From a virus: DNA of 64,000 nt. How positions within the stretch are numbered: position 1 is the stretch's first letter; every line of letters starts with the position of its first letter. A model generated the notes under the pieces. The model was not told the DNA's origin and ran no database searches. It was given only the letters and a program-made list of their open reading frames with translations. Below are positions 36,101 to 47,400 of this stretch, in pieces. The stretch is from IMG/VR virus record IMGVR_UViG_3300045988_149609; one strand, 5' to 3'. Both the position numbers and the translations under genes were made by a program.

Positions 36101-39100
36101 ATGATTTAGATTATTTTTCTACTGCTTATGTAGAAAATGTAATTGAACCAGAAAGAAAAAATAATAATACTCAATATGATGGATATCCTCATAATAAAAA
36201 TTATTTTACTTTTGGTATAAATAGTAATGAAATAGTAGCTGTAAATGGTAATTTTGCATATGATGTAGGTAATTTACCTTATAAAAAGTATTCTAGATTT
36301 TTTAATCATTTTAATTTAGTTAGAACTACAGATAAAGAATATTATGATAATGTTTATTTACCTAGTATTGCTAAGAATGATCCAAATAAAGGTATTATTT
36401 ATGGTAAGACTACAGATACAGCAAATACAAACTTTAAAGAGTTCTATCAATTTATAGAATGGTATTTTAACAGCTTTTATTTTTATATTAAAAAGTTTGA
36501 TTATAATCCTAAAACTGATAAATTATATCCTACAGGTACAAATGAAATAGATGAAAATGGTTGGTTTAAATTTAATTATAGTGATAAATATTTAGTAAAC
36601 TTAGCAACATTCCTTGTTTTATTTTCATGTGAAGATGGAAAAATTAATCAAAATAAAATAGGGCCAATTAAAAGTACAGATGGTAAAGATGTTTATATTG
36701 TAGTAAGTCCTGATCCTGAAAAGGAAAATGAAAAAGATAGAAGTATCTATAAATTTAGATTAGGATCTGATGCAGAAGGTAAACCTAAAGAAACAACTTA
36801 TACTACAAATAATTTAGTATCTGTAAGATTTAAACCAAGTAACGATATAGATGTAGCACAAGCAAATAGAAATGCTCTTGATTTCTTTAAGAATTTCTTA
36901 GAAGCTTATTGTAAAGATGCATTTGACACAAAATCTGGACTTAAAGAATGGACTCATAGTAATCATACATATTATGCAAATCGAAAGATTTTAAATATGT
37001 TACTTAATAGAATTACTGAACAAGTTGGTACTAGTAGTACTACATCTAGTACTACTTATACTAATGAATTTGATTTAAATCCTGCTTCAGATTTAACTTC
37101 TTATTGGACACAAGTAAGAAATTTATCACCTTCATCTTTTGGTAATCCAGATGTAAATGTTTATTATTCAGCTAACTTTCCTAATATGTCTCCTGTTTGT
37201 GTTATTACTACAAGAGAAATAGTGGAAGATGAAAAAGTAAATAAATTATATATAGGTTTACCTTATAAAGCTGTTTCAAATGAACCTTATAATAATAGTA
37301 ATACAGGTAAACAATTAAATACAAGATTATGGAATGATGATAATGATAATAAAGATAATCCATTATTAATTGATAAGAATTTAAAGGAGTGTTATTTCTA
37401 TGAAATAGAACTTGATGAAAATGATAAAAAAGTAAATGAGCAACAAGGATTTACTTTAACTATTGAGATGTTTTATAAATATTTGAATAGATTTAGTAAT
37501 GATATAAAAAATGGAACTTACCTTGGTTGGCTAACTAAATTGAAAAAAAGTGGAGATCTCAATAATACTAATAAACCTTTATTATATAAAACAATAAATA
37601 ATCAAGCTATTACTGATTCAAAAAATATTTATTTTGTATTTCCTTTTGCTAATTGTGGTATAGTTACATCTGAAAATAAAACTAATTTAGTTTATAGAAC
37701 TGTAAATAATGTAATGGATGGAGAATATCCAGCTGTTAGATTTAATGTAACTACAATACAACCTACAGGTATTATTGTACAGTATAGTAAAAAGAGTACA
37801 GTTACTGAATATAGTGATAGAACAATACCTTTATTTACTAGATGTTATACAAAGAATTTTAACTATAATGTAGTTGAAAATGAAACAAAATATACAGGTA
37901 GATTTATAAGTGATACAAGTCCAAGATATACTTTAATTGTAGGAGGAAATAATCCAAAACATCCATATGGTAATATTACAGATGGTTTAGATATACCAGC
38001 AACTCAGGAAGAATTGAAAGCTGCAGGTTGGTCACAAAGCGAAATAGATAATTGTTGGAAAGACTTAAACTTTAATGATGCTGGTGTAGGATTACAAAAA
38101 ATTCAATCTGCTGATCATAATATAGTAAATGTAGCAGTACGTGAAATATATGCAGCTTGGGATGGTAAAGATGAAGTTACTGATCATTATTCAAAAGATA
38201 ATGTAAGTATACCTATTTATGAATTATATAAAAATGATAAACTTACAAAAGATACTAATGTAGATTTTGAACATATTTTGTGGCAAGTATGTAGTCCTAT
38301 ATATTATATTAAAGATATAAAAGAGAATAAAATTAAAGCTACAATAGGTGATTGTTATTATGGAGATTATTATCATATATTAACTATTCCTTATACTAAA
38401 GAAGCGAATAATCAATTAGTAGATATTGATAATTTTCAAGTAGCTACACATTGTAATTTATTAGGTATTTATGATGGTAGAAAAGATTTAATAAATCATG
38501 TTACTACAGATTTAACTAATATGAATTTATTTAATAATGTTTATAATCAAACATTTAATTTCTTTTCTGTAAATTATCTTAATCCTAAAGAAAATAAAAT
38601 AAGTCATTATTATCCAAATCAAATTATATATTCATTAGCTAAAACTATTGGTAGTAAAGAAGATAATTGGACAAAAGTTAATCCTGGTACGGGTTTTTAT
38701 GATGCTCCTGGACATTTGGGTAAAATAACAAATCTTTTAAAAAGTGGAGATAAATTATATGCTTTACAAGAAAGAGGTGCTAATTATGTATCATTTAATG
38801 CAAGAATACAAGTTTCTGCATCAGATGGAGTACCAATTGAATTAGCAAACAGTGGTAAACTTGATCAAATAATAACTATAAGTGAAACATATGGTTGTAA
38901 TAATTATAAACAATCAGTATCTACAGATTTAGGTATTTATTTTATTGATTCTTATAGTAATGATTTATGTTTATTAAAAGATACTCAAATACAAGATATA
39001 GCTAAAACTACATTTAATAGTAGTTTGTTTAAAAGTAATAATGGAGATTATGTATTATTCTTTGATAAAATAAAACAAGAATTATATATTCAAGATCAAA

Positions 39101-39630
39101 GTAAAAATTATAGTATTCTTTACTCATTACCATTTCAACAATTCTTAGGTACATTTGATTATAATAATATTCAAAACATGATTAATTATAAAGACACTTT
39201 AATTTATGATTGTTATGATGATACTTATCTATATGCTATGAGAAAAGGAGATAATTATTTCAATAATTATGAAATAAGTGTTGTAAATAATGATGAATTA
39301 TCTAATTTATTAGAAGCATTTACTTTTAATAGTAGTGATTCATCTGAATTAAAATCATATAGAATTAAAGCAAATGCTTTAGATAATCAACTTATACAAA
39401 GAGGTAATAAACCTTTTAATCAAATAAGTGTAAAAAATGATTATCAAAATGCTACACATGATAATAAAACTTTAATTAAAAAATTAAGAACATGGAGATG
39501 GCAAATACCTAGACAAAAAAGAAACAGAATTGTTGATAGATGGAATGAAATTACTATTAGTAATTATTCAAATAATACTATCTTGGAACCTTTAAAAGTA
39601 TATGATTTAAGTTTAACTTATTGGATATAA
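33136..39630 (+). CDS. Giant N/Y-rich virion protein (~2164 aa); tail fibre/spike or ejected cargo candidate
   Basis: 6.5-kb uninterrupted ORF. Start at ATG 33136, overlapping the upstream TAA (TAATG). No recognisable catalytic motif. Confidence 0.5.
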   Translation: MQKKEQKFTPTKIQTDISPTKIKSDSAIKIHNFRIDNNGEDSSTFALTLEKESKKYNYTGPITSVFKVEDNIEVNIKYMFTINSEIICIFYTQEEKNKPETLTSYISLFTDDFQTKVNVYSAVSNIFGENIQATFVYETDKIQKIYWIDNINQPRILNISDFINSNGTLNQKAIAYKNGILDFIPELPNKTECKITKSYTGGEWACGCIQYLISYCIPYVIESNIAWYSSLYYITKDGKGLNPDGKIKSTETFYLKITSNLKDITPNYTHVKVYRLQYSSLDQPQMYDLGYYRLDNSKRLDGNYGLIIKDTGIINEKATPTDATSFKFNNLFYPIQANSFQTKDNHFLVGGYTLHDNYLEETENNSFSISNKENENENLDLKTLLVKNDNETTPINIENTTFFHKNESYNLGVQYMNKYGVWSNVQSPQNVVIDNNTTNVELTLNKIPDDQIACRVVCSYNTVDKRNFIAEGAINNSIQDGENPSIYHSDYLLTNFDSFKYGAEMLLNSGGGFNDRNSYNFFSRTNRVLSFLSPEFNSSINDLDWVLSGDLYCKHIANLKCGDIDYGLFMDIKNPLVALPTGIDDLDNGYVYKGTSYIPSLSIMLPTYMGDTKVNIPLYKDGNNKFHYAQYPIPIWKEKRSLNNASNVSPINPTIQVNSKQDNDVNQTTATGEYQYFCKKKIISRLCIFNKEKVKDGPWKTFSSSKYINENQTKLFKLNKDAKENNIFYKANPQTLFTNNAQITLQVFKNISFVDNIDSTIISSSLFDYDKEIPSVTVDNAENAKENDSAKTSMLSGTINVNYKNGSHLLLYNDSDLYDDKEPNKIIEPNYKSLYAATIPLFVQLVWMRDDNKAVHLCNRRIGSTENKNSYLAVREISGDNDKMSVSTELFFLNHNTDDNGVYSIPEFPLANAEWVNGGDNDECRYHLIGFNETGKTKSKHLGFATTWLGYTYNNINNIFTGHHLFKDIPGRKFHLQFPTSVDENGEHYDLDYFSTAYVENVIEPERKNNNTQYDGYPHNKNYFTFGINSNEIVAVNGNFAYDVGNLPYKKYSRFFNHFNLVRTTDKEYYDNVYLPSIAKNDPNKGIIYGKTTDTANTNFKEFYQFIEWYFNSFYFYIKKFDYNPKTDKLYPTGTNEIDENGWFKFNYSDKYLVNLATFLVLFSCEDGKINQNKIGPIKSTDGKDVYIVVSPDPEKENEKDRSIYKFRLGSDAEGKPKETTYTTNNLVSVRFKPSNDIDVAQANRNALDFFKNFLEAYCKDAFDTKSGLKEWTHSNHTYYANRKILNMLLNRITEQVGTSSTTSSTTYTNEFDLNPASDLTSYWTQVRNLSPSSFGNPDVNVYYSANFPNMSPVCVITTREIVEDEKVNKLYIGLPYKAVSNEPYNNSNTGKQLNTRLWNDDNDNKDNPLLIDKNLKECYFYEIELDENDKKVNEQQGFTLTIEMFYKYLNRFSNDIKNGTYLGWLTKLKKSGDLNNTNKPLLYKTINNQAITDSKNIYFVFPFANCGIVTSENKTNLVYRTVNNVMDGEYPAVRFNVTTIQPTGIIVQYSKKSTVTEYSDRTIPLFTRCYTKNFNYNVVENETKYTGRFISDTSPRYTLIVGGNNPKHPYGNITDGLDIPATQEELKAAGWSQSEIDNCWKDLNFNDAGVGLQKIQSADHNIVNVAVREIYAAWDGKDEVTDHYSKDNVSIPIYELYKNDKLTKDTNVDFEHILWQVCSPIYYIKDIKENKIKATIGDCYYGDYYHILTIPYTKEANNQLVDIDNFQVATHCNLLGIYDGRKDLINHVTTDLTNMNLFNNVYNQTFNFFSVNYLNPKENKISHYYPNQIIYSLAKTIGSKEDNWTKVNPGTGFYDAPGHLGKITNLLKSGDKLYALQERGANYVSFNARIQVSASDGVPIELANSGKLDQIITISETYGCNNYKQSVSTDLGIYFIDSYSNDLCLLKDTQIQDIAKTTFNSSLFKSNNGDYVLFFDKIKQELYIQDQSKNYSILYSLPFQQFLGTFDYNNIQNMINYKDTLIYDCYDDTYLYAMRKGDNYFNNYEISVVNNDELSNLLEAFTFNSSDSSELKSYRIKANALDNQLIQRGNKPFNQISVKNDYQNATHDNKTLIKKLRTWRWQIPRQKRNRIVDRWNEITISNYSNNTILEPLKVYDLSLTYWI

Positions 39631-39640
39631 TATAATTAAA

Positions 39641-39674
39641 ATAGTAGTACTATTACAGTACTGCTATTTTTTTT
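39641..39674 (+). terminator. Intrinsic terminator
   Basis: Stem TAGTAGTACT / AGTACTGCTA with loop ATTAC, then T8. Confidence 0.6.
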
Positions 39675-39706
39675 ATTTGTTACTTTATTGTATATTAATT
39701 TATAAT

Positions 39707-39714
39707 TAACTTTG
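39707..39714 (+). promoter_or_regulatory. -7 box TAACTTTGca upstream of 39747 CDS
   Basis: Recurring motif. TTTG at 39676-39679 is further upstream than the canonical spacing. Confidence 0.35.
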
Positions 39715-39746
39715 CAATTAATATAATATAACAAAGCATTAATAAT

Positions 39747-42572
39747 ATGGCAATTTATGATAATTATGCTGATTTTGCAGCAATGGGTAAAGAAAAACCT
39801 CTTGCTCCAGGAGGAGGTGTTTTAGCCCCAAATAATGAAAACAATGATGGAACTAATAATAATGGAAACAACAATAATAGCACTAAAAATAGTAAATCAA
39901 ATAATGGATCTAATGCAATGGGAATTGTTGCAGGTGCAATAGGAGCTGCAGGTAATGTATTAAGTCAATTAACAGGAGCTACACAAGAAGTAGAACAAAA
40001 TGCACAAAATATGCAAAGTAGTATCAATAATAAATTAGGTCAAGTTAATAATTTAGATACTTCTTCTTTAGATGCTTTTGTTGATAGTTCTAGTATAATG
40101 AGTGGACTTAATCATACTACTTTTTCTAATGTATATGGTAGAAGTGCTGGTGATGATATATTAGGTAATTTACAAGCTAGTATACAAGGTGCGCAAGCAG
40201 GTGCTGCAGGAGGGCCTTGGACTATGGCAGCAAGTGCAGCTGCAGGATCATTCGCTAATTTATTTAGTAGAGCAGCAGCAAGAAAAAAAGCGAGAGACCT
40301 TACAAAACAACTTAATGCAGCAGTAGATGCAGGTAATGCTTTAATGGCAGCTTCAACAGATCGTGCTGCGCATACTGCAAGTATGACAGACTTTAATAAT
40401 TTAATGAATAATGCAGTATTAGCTGCATATGGTGGCCCAATTAATATGAAATATACAGGTATAAATTCTCCTTTTGGTAATAGATTTAATGATGGAGGTA
40501 TAAATATAAAAAAAGAGAATAAAGGTAAATTTACAGCTTTAGCTAATACACATGGTATGACACCTTTACAAATGGCTAATCATATATTTGCCAATAAAGA
40601 TAATTATAGTTCAACTCAAATAAAAAGAGCTAATTTTGTTAGAAATGCAGCAAAATGGCATGCTGAAGGTGGAAATCTTGATAATCAATTTAGTGATTTT
40701 AGAAATGGAGTTATAGAATATAATGCAGGTGGTACACATGAAGAAAATCCTAATGATGGAGTTCAAGTAGGAGTTGATCCACAAGGTACACCAAATCTTG
40801 TTGAAGAAGGAGAAGTAAATTATAATGATTATATATTTTCAGATAGATTAAAAGTACCTAAACAATTTAGAAAACAATATGGATTAGGTACTTCAAAAAA
40901 ACAAATGACATATGCTGATGCAGCTAAAAAATTGCAAAAAGAAAGTGAAGAAAGACCTTTAGATCCTATTAGTAAAAGAGGTCTTGATTCAGTATTAGGT
41001 GCTCTTGCAGAATCACAAGAAGATACTAGATTTAAGAAACAAATGCAAGATCCTCAATTTAGACAGCAAGTAATGCAATCTATGGCACAGCAACAAACTG
41101 AACAACAAGCAATGCAACAACAGCCTTCAGAAGAAGAAATGATGGCTATGCAACAACAAGCTGCAGAACAAGGACAACCGTTTGCTTATGGTGGTAGAAA
41201 AGGTAATATGTTTGATGGCACAGGTGATAAATCACAAAAAGTAAATTCTTTTGCAGTACCTATTCCAGAAATAGTAGATGAAATGAATTATTATGATAAT
41301 CCAGTAAAATTAGATTTTACTAAAATGATGGATTATTTAGATACTTTTATTCCTGCTGCTAATGTTAACACAAATCTTCCATATTATAGAGATAATACAA
41401 ATCAAAAACAATATTATAATGCTGGAAAATATACACACAATAATATAACGGAAAAATTAAAAAGTGGATATGCAATCGGTGATCCTAATACAGTAAAATA
41501 TATAAACACTTTAGCTGAAAAAATAGGTATATCTACAAAAAATCTTATGGATAATTTTGATTCATATCGTCTTAGACAAGGTGATGCTGTTCCTGAAGGA
41601 ATTAATGCAAAACCTGGAAATGGATATGTATCTGCAGATATACCTGATGCAATATCTTATGATCATCAACAATTTAATCCTTATAATCTTCCACATACAA
41701 CAGAAAATAGCGATAAAGTAAATAAAGATAAAGATAAAGAAACTGAATCTGATTTTAGTTCATTAACAGGATTACCTACATGGTTAAGATATGCACCAAT
41801 AGCAGCTTCAGCTATGGGTTTATTTAGTAAACCTGATTATAAAAATGCAAATGCTTTACAAGATATTGTTGCTAATAATGTAGGTTATACTCCAATTGAA
41901 GGAAATTATATTGGTGATTATTTAAGATACAATCCTTATGATGTTAATTATAATGCTAATCAAATAAGACAGCAAGGTAATGCACAATTAAGAAATATTA
42001 TTAATAATAGTGGAGGTAATAGAGCTGCAGCTATGGCTAATATGGCAGTAACTAATTATAATACACAATTAGCTATGAGTGATTTATTTAGAAAAGCTCA
42101 AGAATATAATGATGCACAACAAGCTAAAGTTGGTGAATTTAATAGAGGAACTAATCAATACAATGCTACAATGGCTAATCAAATTGCTCAATTTAATGCA
42201 GGGCAAAGAGCTAAAGCACAAGAACAATATATTAATGGTATGACACAAGCATTACAATGGAAAGAAGCTCAAAAAGCAGCAGCAGATCAAGCTAAGAGTA
42301 ATGCTATTTCAGCTATTGGTAATTCATTAGGAGATATTGGTAGAGAAAACTTTGCAGCTAATCAACAATTAGGTTTAATTGCTTCAGGATATTATGGTGC
42401 AATTAATCCTGATATATTACCTTTAATTCTTAAAAATAATGGTATCAATCCTAAATCTAAAGTAGGAAAACAATTTATTAAAAATGCTACGACAAGATGG
42501 GAAGAACAAAGAGAATATGATAAAGAAATAAGAGAAGCTAATAAGAAAAAGAATAAATCACAATCTAAATAA
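39747..42572 (+). CDS. Large virion protein (941 aa) with N/G/A/Q-rich low-complexity regions
   Basis: ORF with NNNGNNNN, AQAGAAGGPW and QQQTEQQAMQQQ tracts. Confidence 0.45.
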   Translation: MAIYDNYADFAAMGKEKPLAPGGGVLAPNNENNDGTNNNGNNNNSTKNSKSNNGSNAMGIVAGAIGAAGNVLSQLTGATQEVEQNAQNMQSSINNKLGQVNNLDTSSLDAFVDSSSIMSGLNHTTFSNVYGRSAGDDILGNLQASIQGAQAGAAGGPWTMAASAAAGSFANLFSRAAARKKARDLTKQLNAAVDAGNALMAASTDRAAHTASMTDFNNLMNNAVLAAYGGPINMKYTGINSPFGNRFNDGGINIKKENKGKFTALANTHGMTPLQMANHIFANKDNYSSTQIKRANFVRNAAKWHAEGGNLDNQFSDFRNGVIEYNAGGTHEENPNDGVQVGVDPQGTPNLVEEGEVNYNDYIFSDRLKVPKQFRKQYGLGTSKKQMTYADAAKKLQKESEERPLDPISKRGLDSVLGALAESQEDTRFKKQMQDPQFRQQVMQSMAQQQTEQQAMQQQPSEEEMMAMQQQAAEQGQPFAYGGRKGNMFDGTGDKSQKVNSFAVPIPEIVDEMNYYDNPVKLDFTKMMDYLDTFIPAANVNTNLPYYRDNTNQKQYYNAGKYTHNNITEKLKSGYAIGDPNTVKYINTLAEKIGISTKNLMDNFDSYRLRQGDAVPEGINAKPGNGYVSADIPDAISYDHQQFNPYNLPHTTENSDKVNKDKDKETESDFSSLTGLPTWLRYAPIAASAMGLFSKPDYKNANALQDIVANNVGYTPIEGNYIGDYLRYNPYDVNYNANQIRQQGNAQLRNIINNSGGNRAAAMANMAVTNYNTQLAMSDLFRKAQEYNDAQQAKVGEFNRGTNQYNATMANQIAQFNAGQRAKAQEQYINGMTQALQWKEAQKAAADQAKSNAISAIGNSLGDIGRENFAANQQLGLIASGYYGAINPDILPLILKNNGINPKSKVGKQFIKNATTRWEEQREYDKEIREANKKKNKSQSK

Positions 42573-42595
42573 ATAAACATTATAAAACATAAAGT

Positions 42596-44470
42596 ATGAT
42601 ATTTAATATAAATAGTACATTTAAACCATTCACATTTGAAGATTTTGCTAAGCCAATGATTATGTATAAGCAAGCATATGAAGATATGGAAAAAAACATA
42701 GCTACGCTTACAGATCAAACAGAAATGTGGAAAAATATAGCAGAACAAGAAAAAAGTCCTGTTGCTTATAATCTTTATAAAAGTTATTCAGATAAATTAA
42801 ATTCTGTAGCTGAAGATTTTAGTAGAGGTATGTCTATGTCTAATAGAGGAGAATTATTAAATTTAAGAAAAGGATATGCTACCAATATAGTACCTATTGT
42901 AAATGCTTACAAAAGAAGGCAAACTTTAATAGATGCTGCTCAAGATGCTGCATTAAAAAATCCAACATTAGAATTTCAATATGATCCTCGTACAATGTCA
43001 CTTGATGATGTAATAGCAGATCCAAATAAAACTTGGGGTAATGTTATTAATGGTGCATTGTTAACAGAGCAAGCTGGTAAAATGGCAGCTAATTTAGCAA
43101 GAGCTGCACAAAGTGGAGATAAAGATGCACAAAAACAACTTGAACAAATACTCCCTTATCAGTATGAATATATTAAGAAAACAGGTTTTGATTATTCAGA
43201 AGTAGTAAGAGCTATAACAGATCCAGAACATGGAGCTGAAGCACTTACTAGGATTATTGATACTGTAATGGCAGGAAGTGGAATTAATGATTGGACAAAT
43301 CTTAAAGATGCAAATGGTAATTTTACTAAAGAAGGCTTAGCTAGATATAAGAAAATAAGAAGTTATGCAGAACAAGGTTTATATAATGCAATAGGTCAAG
43401 AACAAACTCAAATACTTAAAGATGATTTTGGTGCAAATGTGGCAATGAAACAATATGAAGCACAATTCGCAGCAGCTGCAGCAAATGGTGATTTACCTGA
43501 AGAAACATTAATGGACACTGACACTTTAACTTTTTCTACTGCAGAAGATGATGTAAAAGAAAGAGATGAAGCTGCTAAATTATTAGGATATAATACAGAT
43601 ACTAAAAAATTTGGAAATTTTGTGACTGTACGAATTACTGAGCCTTCTATTACGAGTTCTACTACAGGTACTACTCTTTTTAGGGATTATTATAAAACAA
43701 TAAGACTATGGAATACAAAAAATGATCGTCTTGTAAGTAAAAAGGAATTTGTAGCACAAGGTAAAAATAATCATGAAAAACAAGTACTTTCTAATTATTA
43801 TGATCGTGCTTTTAAAGCAGCAGGTACATGGAATTTACATACTTCACATCGTACTGAAAAACAAAATATTTTTATGGGATTGGAAAAAATAAAAAGAGGA
43901 AATTATGGAATAAAAGCACTTAAATATAATACAGATGATAATGTAGCTGTTATTGCTCCTTTTGTTAATGCAGGACAATTAGTAGAAATACAAGGTATGG
44001 ATTCTAAAGGTAATCTTAAATTTAATAGCCCTGGAGTTAATCATGCAGTCGGAATATCGCAAAAGGATATTCAATCATTTAATCAAAGATCTGATCCAGA
44101 TAAAGGAAAAGCAACTTTAACTAGTGGTCAAGTATCAATTCATATTTTACCAGGAGATTCTAAACGAACTGATAATAAAGGTATTGTTATTTCATTTCCT
44201 AATGCAGATGGTAAAAATAAATGGTATTTACTTCGTCCTCAATCAATGAGTGATAATGTTAAATCAGCATTTATTAGTTATAATCAAGCTGTGATTAAAG
44301 CAAAAGAAAATGCAAAAAAGAGTAAATTAAATGCTGAACAAACGGAACGATATATAAAACAAGTAACAGTACAAGAACTTTCAGCATTTATTCGTATATT
44401 TAATAATTCAGTAAATAATAAATACAGTACTACAAGTGTAAGTACTTATGATAGTTCTAAAGAAAAATGA
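42596..44470 (+). CDS. Hypothetical virion protein (624 aa)
   Basis: ORF only. Confidence 0.45.
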   Translation: MIFNINSTFKPFTFEDFAKPMIMYKQAYEDMEKNIATLTDQTEMWKNIAEQEKSPVAYNLYKSYSDKLNSVAEDFSRGMSMSNRGELLNLRKGYATNIVPIVNAYKRRQTLIDAAQDAALKNPTLEFQYDPRTMSLDDVIADPNKTWGNVINGALLTEQAGKMAANLARAAQSGDKDAQKQLEQILPYQYEYIKKTGFDYSEVVRAITDPEHGAEALTRIIDTVMAGSGINDWTNLKDANGNFTKEGLARYKKIRSYAEQGLYNAIGQEQTQILKDDFGANVAMKQYEAQFAAAAANGDLPEETLMDTDTLTFSTAEDDVKERDEAAKLLGYNTDTKKFGNFVTVRITEPSITSSTTGTTLFRDYYKTIRLWNTKNDRLVSKKEFVAQGKNNHEKQVLSNYYDRAFKAAGTWNLHTSHRTEKQNIFMGLEKIKRGNYGIKALKYNTDDNVAVIAPFVNAGQLVEIQGMDSKGNLKFNSPGVNHAVGISQKDIQSFNQRSDPDKGKATLTSGQVSIHILPGDSKRTDNKGIVISFPNADGKNKWYLLRPQSMSDNVKSAFISYNQAVIKAKENAKKSKLNAEQTERYIKQVTVQELSAFIRIFNNSVNNKYSTTSVSTYDSSKEK

Positions 44471-44471
44471 T

Positions 44472-47400
44472 ATGGCAACAACAAATAAAAAAATTCAAGA
44501 AACAGGCCCAGTAGGTTTAAAAGGTGTAAGAGGTGAAGATTTATATCCTAAAGGATTTAAAGGAGAACAATTACAAATAAGTGCTGCAAGAAATAAAGCT
44601 GCATTAAGAACAAATGTAAATCCTACATTGTTTGATAATATAGGTATTGCAGAAAAAACAAATGACACACAGCAAGGTAAATCAATGTTTGATGATGCTG
44701 TAATGATAAATCCTACTCCAGAAACAATTCAAGATACTAGAGCTAATAATCAGCCTTGGTATGCACAATTAGCAGCAGGTGTAGGTAAAGGTGCAGTATT
44801 AGCAGGTACTACTTTTGTTGATGGAACATTAGGTATTATTGCAAGTCTTGGACAAATTATAGCAAATAAAGTACAAGATGCTAATGGGAATCCAATGACT
44901 ACAGGCCAAATATGGAGTGGCTTTTATGACAATCCTATCACAAGAGCTATGAATGATATAAATAAATTGTCTGAAGAATTGATGCCTAATTATTATTCAA
45001 CACAAGAAGAAGGCAAAGCTTTTGATTTTGGTTCAATGAATTTTTGGGCAGATAAAATTATTAAGAATATAGGATTTACTATAGGTGCATCTTGGTCAGG
45101 TGCTGCTTGGTCAAGACCTCTTTCTTTATTAGGTAAAAGTTTAGCTGAAAGTACTAAATTTAAATCAATGCTTAATATTACTAAAGAAGCAAGAGATTTA
45201 GCAACAAAACAAGGTAAAATAACTCAAAATTTAGTTAGTTCTTCTGTACAAAATGGTTTAGGTGCTACAATGTCAGCTTTAAGTGAAGGTAGTATTGAAG
45301 CACTTAATACTAAGAATGATTTTATTAGTAAAAAAATACCTGAAATACAAGAGCAAAGAGATCAAAGAATTAGATATATTAGAAAAAAATATGGTAATTC
45401 AAAAATGGCAGAAGATCTTATAGCTAGAGAAAATAAAGCTTATAATGCAACAGTAGAAAAAATTAAAGAAGATGCTGCAGCTGCAGGTAATGTAGATTTA
45501 TTAGTTAATATTCCTATATTAACTGCATCAAATATGATTCAATTTACTAGATTATATTCAGGTGGATTTAAAAAAAGTCTTGAATCTTTAAAAGTTAAAA
45601 GACTTGCAGATGGTACTTATGATATAATGAGTAAAGCTAAAGCTGTAGCAAAAGCTGTGTCTAAACCAATAATATCTGAAGGTAGTGAAGAAATATTACA
45701 ACAATATGCTTCTGATGTTCCTACTAACTATTATAACACAGATGTAAATAATTTTTATAAAGCTAAAACGAACAGACAAAGCGAACAAGAAGTATTAAGT
45801 TGGAGTAAAGCTTTAGGTGAACAATTAGCATTAACTTTTGGTAGTGCTGATACTTGGGAACAATTTTTTATTGGTGGTTTGACAGGTCTATTAGGAGTTC
45901 CATCTTTTATAAAAACTAAAGCTAATGGTAAAATGGGCTTTGGTCTAAGTTGGCAATCTGAAGCTATTTCAGGAGCTAAAGAAGCAGCTAAAAAAGCAGC
46001 AAGATATAATTATTTATCTGCTTATATGAATGCTAGAATTGCTAATAATGAAAAATTTAAAAATTATTATCAAGGCTTGATTAGAAATAATACTTATGCT
46101 AAAGCTATGGATGCAGCATTAGAACATAATGATAAAAAAGCTTTTCTTGATAATGATTTAGCTCAACTTTATTCTGATTTTACAATGTTTGATTCTGCTG
46201 GTAGACTTGATGATTTACGAGCAATGGCTAAAGCAGCAATACCTACTTCTGATGCAGATGTACAAGATTTAATTGATAATACTTCTACTAAAGATTTAAA
46301 AGGAGAAGAGAAAGAAAAAGCAGAAAAAGAAAAAGAAAATTTAAAACAAGCTACTACAAAAAAAGAGCAAATAACTCAACAAATACAAGAGTTATTAAAT
46401 GAAAGAGAAGAAAAAGATTTAATACCTGAAGAAAAGCTTAAGCTTGATAATTTTAAACAAGAATTAAATTCTGCAGAAGAAGAAATTACTACAGCTAAAG
46501 CTAATATTAAAGATATATATGATAAATCAAAAGAACCTTGGAGAGGGCCATATATTAAAACAACAGGTGAACAAAAATCTATTGAAGAAGTTAAAGAAGA
46601 ATTAAATAAAAATGTAAAGACTTTTACAGATCATCTTAATCGTTATCAAGAAATTAAAGATGATGTAGAATCAATATTAAGAGGAAGATTAGATTCTCCA
46701 GAAAGAGAAAAAGATGTTGTTTCAGAATTAGTATTTAGAATTGCACAATCAGAAAATTGGAAAAATCGTAGTGATGAAATTCTAAATAAGTATAGAGAAA
46801 TATTCCCTGATTCAGAAGAAAAAGATAGTTATCTTGCTCAATTACAAGAAAAAGGTTCACAATTAGATGATGTTCTTGAAAGTATCAATGAAGCAAAAGA
46901 AAAGTATATTGCATATGCTAAAGCTAAAGCAGAACGAGAAGGAAAACTAGATTCTTTTGATGAAAGTAAAGTACAATTTCCTAAAAGTATAACAGAAGTT
47001 GAAGAACGATATAAAAAAGCAAATGATACAAATGTAGCATTAACAAATTCAGCTGCAGCTTTTAGAAAATTTAAAGCTTCAACAAATGAAGAAATAGCTA
47101 ATTTATTATTAACAGATCCAAATTTTAAACAAGGATTTGCAAATTGGATTTTAAATACAGATAAAATTCCAGCAGAGAAAAAAGATGAGTATATTGCTAG
47201 ATTAAATGACGTAGAAAAAATGTTAATATCTAAGCAAAATGCTAGTATAGCTATTGCTAAATATTTAGAAGATCCTAATACTTTAGCTCAAGAACAAGAA
47301 AAAGCAGATGAAAAAAATAAAGAAGAAGTTGCTGAGGAAAAACATAAAGAAGTAGTTGAACGATTAAGAAATGCAACTGTTTCTGATATTAATAATGCTA

